DNA of 64,000 nucleotides from Planctomycetota bacterium (GTDB lineage Bacteria; Planctomycetota; Planctomycetia; Pirellulales; Pirellulaceae): NCBI GenBank assembly GCA_963204915.1, contig CAUJHS010000083.1, positions 10,130 to 74,129 of the forward strand, read 5' to 3'. Shown piece by piece: positions 60,114 to 64,000 of this stretch (position 1 is its first letter; each line of letters starts with the position of its first letter). The notes under the pieces were generated by a model. It saw only the letters and a program-made list of their open reading frames with translations, ran no database searches and was not told where the DNA came from. The position numbers and the translations under genes were made by a program.

Positions 60114-60187
60114 GGTGGTATGGGAGTCGAACCCACAACTTTCAGGTCCTTAGCCTGACGCTCTACCCATTGAGCTAACCACGTCTT
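60114..60187 (-). tRNA. tRNA-like element on the minus strand: canonical D-arm (TAGCTCAATGGGTAGAGC) and T-arm (GTGGG-TTCGACT-CCCAT), anticodon loop CTAAGGA (AAG). The acceptor stem has only 5/7 pairs. Possible pseudogene or integration-site remnant.
   Basis: Reverse complement folded by hand. Confidence 0.4.
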
Positions 60188-60592
60188 GAAATCGCCGGTT
60201 AGAACCCATGTTCGGAACACGTGGAGACGATCCTTAGCAAAGGCGCCTCGCGCGCCGCTGGCCTAAACGACTTCAAAGCGTTGCCTGAATATGCTTGCGG
60301 CGCCGCAACCCGCGGCGTCAAAAATTAGCAGTCTCATGACAAGATGACGCACGACCTGCGCTAAAGGTTCGCAAAGAGTCGAACGAAGGAAGCAGCGTTA
60401 TGTCGCGGTCGAGATCCAAGCAATGCAGCATACGCTTGCAAGTTCGATTTGTCCTTTTGCCGCCACGAAGATCCCAATGGTTGGAAGATCGCTAAGCATG
60501 ACGCTGCAAAATGAAAGTGATGGCCCCTGTCGGCCATCCCTTGTTTGACGAGAAATGGTTCGCTGGCCTAGTCGGCCAAATACCAGACCCGA

Positions 60593-61285
60593 CTATTTGG
60601 CTCCATCAAGCTCCTTGATTCGGATGTTGCGCCATGCGACATCATAAGGGCCTTCGCCTGCCGGAACGCTGTGAACTTGCAAAGCGATGAAACCCTTGGC
60701 GTATTTTTGGTGGAACTCGTCGTCCAACGTCAAATCGGCGACTTCGTGATTGTTGATCCATGTTCGAATGCGCGGCCCTTTAGCCACCACGCGGTACTTA
60801 TTCCATTCGCCATTTTTAAGATGCGAATGCGGCTTGCGGATATCGTCCGGAACGAGCCAACCGCGATCGGTGGCTTCACCATAAATGTAGCCGGCTTCAC
60901 CGGGACTCGATTCGATTTCCACTTGAGGGCCGTTCACGCGACCAGTGCGACTTCCTTGGGTCTGCGATCGAATTTGCACGCCGGAGTTTAGTTTGTCATG
61001 GACTTTGACCTCAAATTCGAGTTCGAAGTCGCCGTAATCTTTTTCGGTGCATAAAAATGAGTTGGGGCTGCCCTCGTTTGTCGTACCAATGACCGCGCCG
61101 TCTTCCACGCGGTACTTGGCCGTGCCGTTTCTTTGCTCCCAACCATCGAGTGTTTTACCGTCAAAAAGTTGAGTCCAACCGTCATCCTGTTTGCTGGCGT
61201 TTGGATCGTCGGCGAGTACGCAATTCGACATCAACACGAACAAGAGGATCGCAGCGACAAACGACGTGGGGCGCCTTCTCATCAT
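60593..61285 (-). CDS. DUF1080 family secreted protein (3-keto-disaccharide hydrolase-like beta-sandwich)
   Basis: 'WTQLFDGKTLDGWE...NSGVQIR...GFIALQVH' motifs. Confidence 0.85.
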   Translation of the reverse strand: MMRRRPTSFVAAILLFVLMSNCVLADDPNASKQDDGWTQLFDGKTLDGWEQRNGTAKYRVEDGAVIGTTNEGSPNSFLCTEKDYGDFELEFEVKVHDKLNSGVQIRSQTQGSRTGRVNGPQVEIESSPGEAGYIYGEATDRGWLVPDDIRKPHSHLKNGEWNKYRVVAKGPRIRTWINNHEVADLTLDDEFHQKYAKGFIALQVHSVPAGEGPYDVAWRNIRIKELDGAK

Positions 61286-61337
61286 AAGACCTCCGACAAA
61301 GTTAAGAACTTGTAACTGATGGCCAGTTTACCTGGAC

Positions 61338-62999
61338 TTGCGTTTCCTGCAAATCAGCACCCATTTTTTCCACAGTAGCGGAGCCTGGATGCGTTACAAT
61401 GGTGGGGTATTTCTTCAGGCAACGGATCCATCGATTATGGATAACAAACACGTCGCTTCACCGGACGACGAGCAACGCACTTACACCTTGGGTACGCACA
61501 CGACGGGATTTGAAACGCCCGCGAGCGCGAATCATTTGCACCTCGATGAGGTAACGTGTGTTTGCCCGCCGAGCGCCGACCCACTGCGCACCCATCCTGC
61601 GAGGCTCCCATCGTCGATCCCGCGTTCTCGTCGTTTTGGCGAATATGAGTTGATTGCCGAGATCGCTCGCGGCGGAATGGGAGTCGTCTATCGCGCGCGG
61701 CAAGTTCGCGCCGGTCGGACAGTTGCTCTCAAAATGATTCTTTCGGGACAGTTAGCCAGTGACGATGATGTGCGCCGGTTTTACGCCGAAGCCCAAGCGG
61801 CCGCTGGTTTAGATCATCCCGGCATCGTCCCGATCTACGAAGTGGGTGAAATTGGCGGACAACATTACTATTCCATGGCGTTGGTCGAAGGCCGCAGCTT
61901 GGCCGACCGAATCGAACAGGGCTCCCTGCCTCCCCGAGAAGCCGCAGAACTGGTGCGGAAAATAGCCCGGGCGGTGGCGTATGCGCATCGCTGCGGAGTC
62001 ATCCATCGTGACTTGAAGCCTGCCAATGTACTACTCGACAAGCACGGTGAACCGCGGATTACCGACTTTGGTTTAGCGAAACGCGGCGGAGAAGAGGGAT
62101 TGACCGCAACCGGGCAAATTTTGGGAACGCCCAGTTATATGCCGCCTGAGCAAGCCGCGGGACAAGTGCACGACGTGTGCGAAGGTTCTGATGTGTACGC
62201 CTTGGGCGCAATACTGTTTGCGACGCTCACAGGGCGGCCGCCGTTTCAGTCGCGCAACCCGCTCGATACGCTGGTGCAGGTATTAGAAGGCGAGGTTACG
62301 TTACCTACGCGATTGAACCGACAGGTGCCTCGTCCCCTCGAGTTGATCTGCCTTCGCTGCTTAGAAAAGAAACCGAACGATCGGTACGAAAGCGCGAACG
62401 CACTTGCTGACGACCTGGATCGCTTCTTGCGCGACGAACCTGTTGAGGCCCGACCGGCCGACTGGCCGCAACGGCTGAGACGTTGGGCGCGGCGTTCTCC
62501 CGCGCTAGCGGGACATTGGGCGGCGATTTCTGCGGCGCTGCTCATTGTGCAAGTGAAGTTCTTATTCAAGCCGACGGATGTCGTTTATCACATGCAGCAT
62601 ACTGGCGCGCTCTTGCTTTGGGCGTTCATCTGTTGGGTTCTGCAACGGTTTCTCAACCACGCGCGAACAGCCGAGTGCGCACGCTACGTATGGGCGGGAG
62701 TCGACCCACTATTGTTCACGTTCATCTTATACTTGGCCATGCCGCCCTTAGGCCCCCTGACGATTGGTTACGCCGTGATGATTGCGGTTTCCGGATTGAT
62801 GTTCCGCGTACGTCTTGTGGCGACAACCACGATCGCGTCGATTGCCGCCTATGCGATCCTGTTGTGGGCGCGACCGGAGGAAGCCGCCGCTCTGCATTAC
62901 AATCTGATTTTCATCGTGCTTTTGATGGTTCTCGGCGGAGCGATTGCGTATCAAGTGAAACGAATTCGCGTCCTGAGCCAATACTACGAATGTCGGTAA
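61338..62999 (+). CDS. Ser/Thr protein kinase with a C-terminal polytopic membrane domain (6+ TM helices). The true start is possibly the internal Met of 'MDNKHVASP'.
   Basis: Kinase motifs 'GGMGVVYRA', 'HRDLKPANVLL', 'DFGLA'; hydrophobic C-terminus. Confidence 0.85.
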   Translation: MRFLQISTHFFHSSGAWMRYNGGVFLQATDPSIMDNKHVASPDDEQRTYTLGTHTTGFETPASANHLHLDEVTCVCPPSADPLRTHPARLPSSIPRSRRFGEYELIAEIARGGMGVVYRARQVRAGRTVALKMILSGQLASDDDVRRFYAEAQAAAGLDHPGIVPIYEVGEIGGQHYYSMALVEGRSLADRIEQGSLPPREAAELVRKIARAVAYAHRCGVIHRDLKPANVLLDKHGEPRITDFGLAKRGGEEGLTATGQILGTPSYMPPEQAAGQVHDVCEGSDVYALGAILFATLTGRPPFQSRNPLDTLVQVLEGEVTLPTRLNRQVPRPLELICLRCLEKKPNDRYESANALADDLDRFLRDEPVEARPADWPQRLRRWARRSPALAGHWAAISAALLIVQVKFLFKPTDVVYHMQHTGALLLWAFICWVLQRFLNHARTAECARYVWAGVDPLLFTFILYLAMPPLGPLTIGYAVMIAVSGLMFRVRLVATTTIASIAAYAILLWARPEEAAALHYNLIFIVLLMVLGGAIAYQVKRIRVLSQYYECR

Positions 63000-63021
63000 T
63001 CGTTTCATTTGACGAACGCGA

Positions 63022-63698
63022 TCAAAGTTTGTTAAGACACCAGTTGATCTCGCCTCGGCCCGCTTGCCGTAAGGCCTGATTCGCCTGGGAAAAGGGCCTA
63101 CTGCCGAAAAAACCATTCTTCGCCGAAAGTGGCGAAGGATGCGCCGCTTGGAGAATCGTGTGACGCTTCGCGTCGATGAGCTTAGCCTTGTCTTGGGCGT
63201 ACTTGCCCCAGAGCAGAAAGACCACGGGCTCTTCTTGCGCATTCACCGTCCGAATCACTTCGTCGGTAAACACCTCCCAACCTTTCCCCTTATGCGAACC
63301 TGGCTGGTGAGCTCGGACCGTGAGCACCGCATTCAACAAAAAGACTCCCTGATCGGCCCAGTCCGTTAAACAACCATGGTTGGGAATTGGGCAGTTAAGA
63401 TCATTTTTCAATTCTTTAAAGATATTCTTCAGCGAAGGCGGCGGTCGGACGCCCGGCTTGACCGAGAAGCACAGGCCATGGGCTTGCCCCTCGTCGTGAT
63501 AGGGATCCTGTCCTAGAAGCAGCACTTTGACATTGTGGTAGGGAGTGTGTTGAAACGCATGGAACACATCGTCTTCCGGTGGATACACGTCTTTCGTTTC
63601 GCGTTCGGCATCGACGAATTGCTGAAGTTTCTCAAAGTACGATTTGTGAAACTCGCTACTCAAACGGGCACGCCAGGATGTAGGTAGTTCGAGGTTCA
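63022..63698 (-). CDS. ung: Uracil-DNA glycosylase, family 1
   Basis: 'LLGQDPYH', 'HPSPLSA' motifs; start at 'MNLELPTSW'. Confidence 0.9.
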
Positions 63699-63950
63699 TC
63701 GCCTCTCCGCTTGGTAACACAGTGCGTCGGTCTTAACGGGCTGAACTTGGAGATCACGCCGGCTTGAAGCAGCTTGCCGACAGACACGATGACGGCTGGT
63801 CGTCGCCAATGTCAACGTAGCAAGCCCCAAGGATGGACACTAGAGGCGATTCCTGGCTTCGTGTGTGGCAATTTTCTCTGGCGCTGGGGCTAGGTAGGTT
63901 ATATAACGTAGGCAATTCACGTTGGAGGTTCCTTTCTTCAGGAGTCCGTG

Positions 63951-64000
63951 ATGAGCGAGTTGCCGGCGTTGGATCGGGAGGCGTACCGCCAGCAGATGCA
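63951..64000 (+). CDS. 5' end of an unidentified gene (MSELPALDREAYRQQM…) running off the window
   Basis: ATG with an open frame to the window end. Confidence 0.3.
   Translation, partial: MSELPALDREAYRQQM

Noticed and set aside
60114-60480. Minus-strand tRNA-like 3' end (…CCCATACCACC) as the tRNA-like domain of a tmRNA
   Set aside because: A full canonical D-arm and anticodon arm lie immediately upstream, which tmRNA lacks. No tag-peptide reading frame or pseudoknot-rich body is evident in the preceding 350 nt.
1-64000. CRISPR arrays or large direct or tandem repeats
   Set aside because: No regularly spaced short repeats with unique spacers were seen anywhere in the window. The only periodic structure is the tRNA array.

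Overview
This is a high-GC (~60-65%) bacterial chromosomal window. Its gene content points to Planctomycetota of the Pirellula/Gemmata type: many eukaryote-like Ser/Thr kinases, several ECF sigma factors (one TIGR02999-like), DUF1080, giant secreted 'membrane-bound dehydrogenase beta-propeller + CxxCH heme-binding' proteins, and an 'LESLEDR' N-terminal motif. About 40 protein-coding genes are called. They include a PAS histidine kinase, an ECF sigma/anti-sigma pair, phosphonoacetaldehyde hydrolase PhnX, an RTX-repeat metalloprotease-like protein, a CoA-acylating methylmalonate-semialdehyde dehydrogenase diverging from an Fe-alcohol dehydrogenase, a two-domain PPK2, uracil-DNA glycosylase, a SUI1 translation factor, an SPFH protein and others. 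Three items stand out. First, a 1288-aa single ORF fuses a Ser/Thr kinase and a TIR-like domain to a C-terminal module that aligns motif-by-motif to the type VI secretion sheath proteins TssB (VipA) and TssC (VipB). No other T6SS genes are present. It lies in a neighbourhood with an FHA-domain nucleotide cyclase, a receptor kinase, PPK2 and a TIR-NB-ARC-TPR STAND NTPase, so a defence/signalling island is possible. Second, a lower-GC ~3 kb island (about 40.8-44.0 kb) carries a tandem same-strand array of ~20 tRNA and tRNA-like genes. Several are non-canonical (anticodons UAU, GCG, a type-I tRNA with CAG, aberrant T-arms). Third, three unrelated genes (hybrid HK, a kinase, a carboxylesterase) are interrupted by in-frame stop codons. 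Other features are a canonical tRNA-Glu(CTC) with a rho-independent terminator, a second tRNA-like element on the minus strand, a relic phosphonate catabolic locus (intact phnX next to an N-terminally truncated FAD oxidoreductase) and a degenerate IS remnant. All calls come from reading the six-frame translations and the raw sequence; no database search was run.
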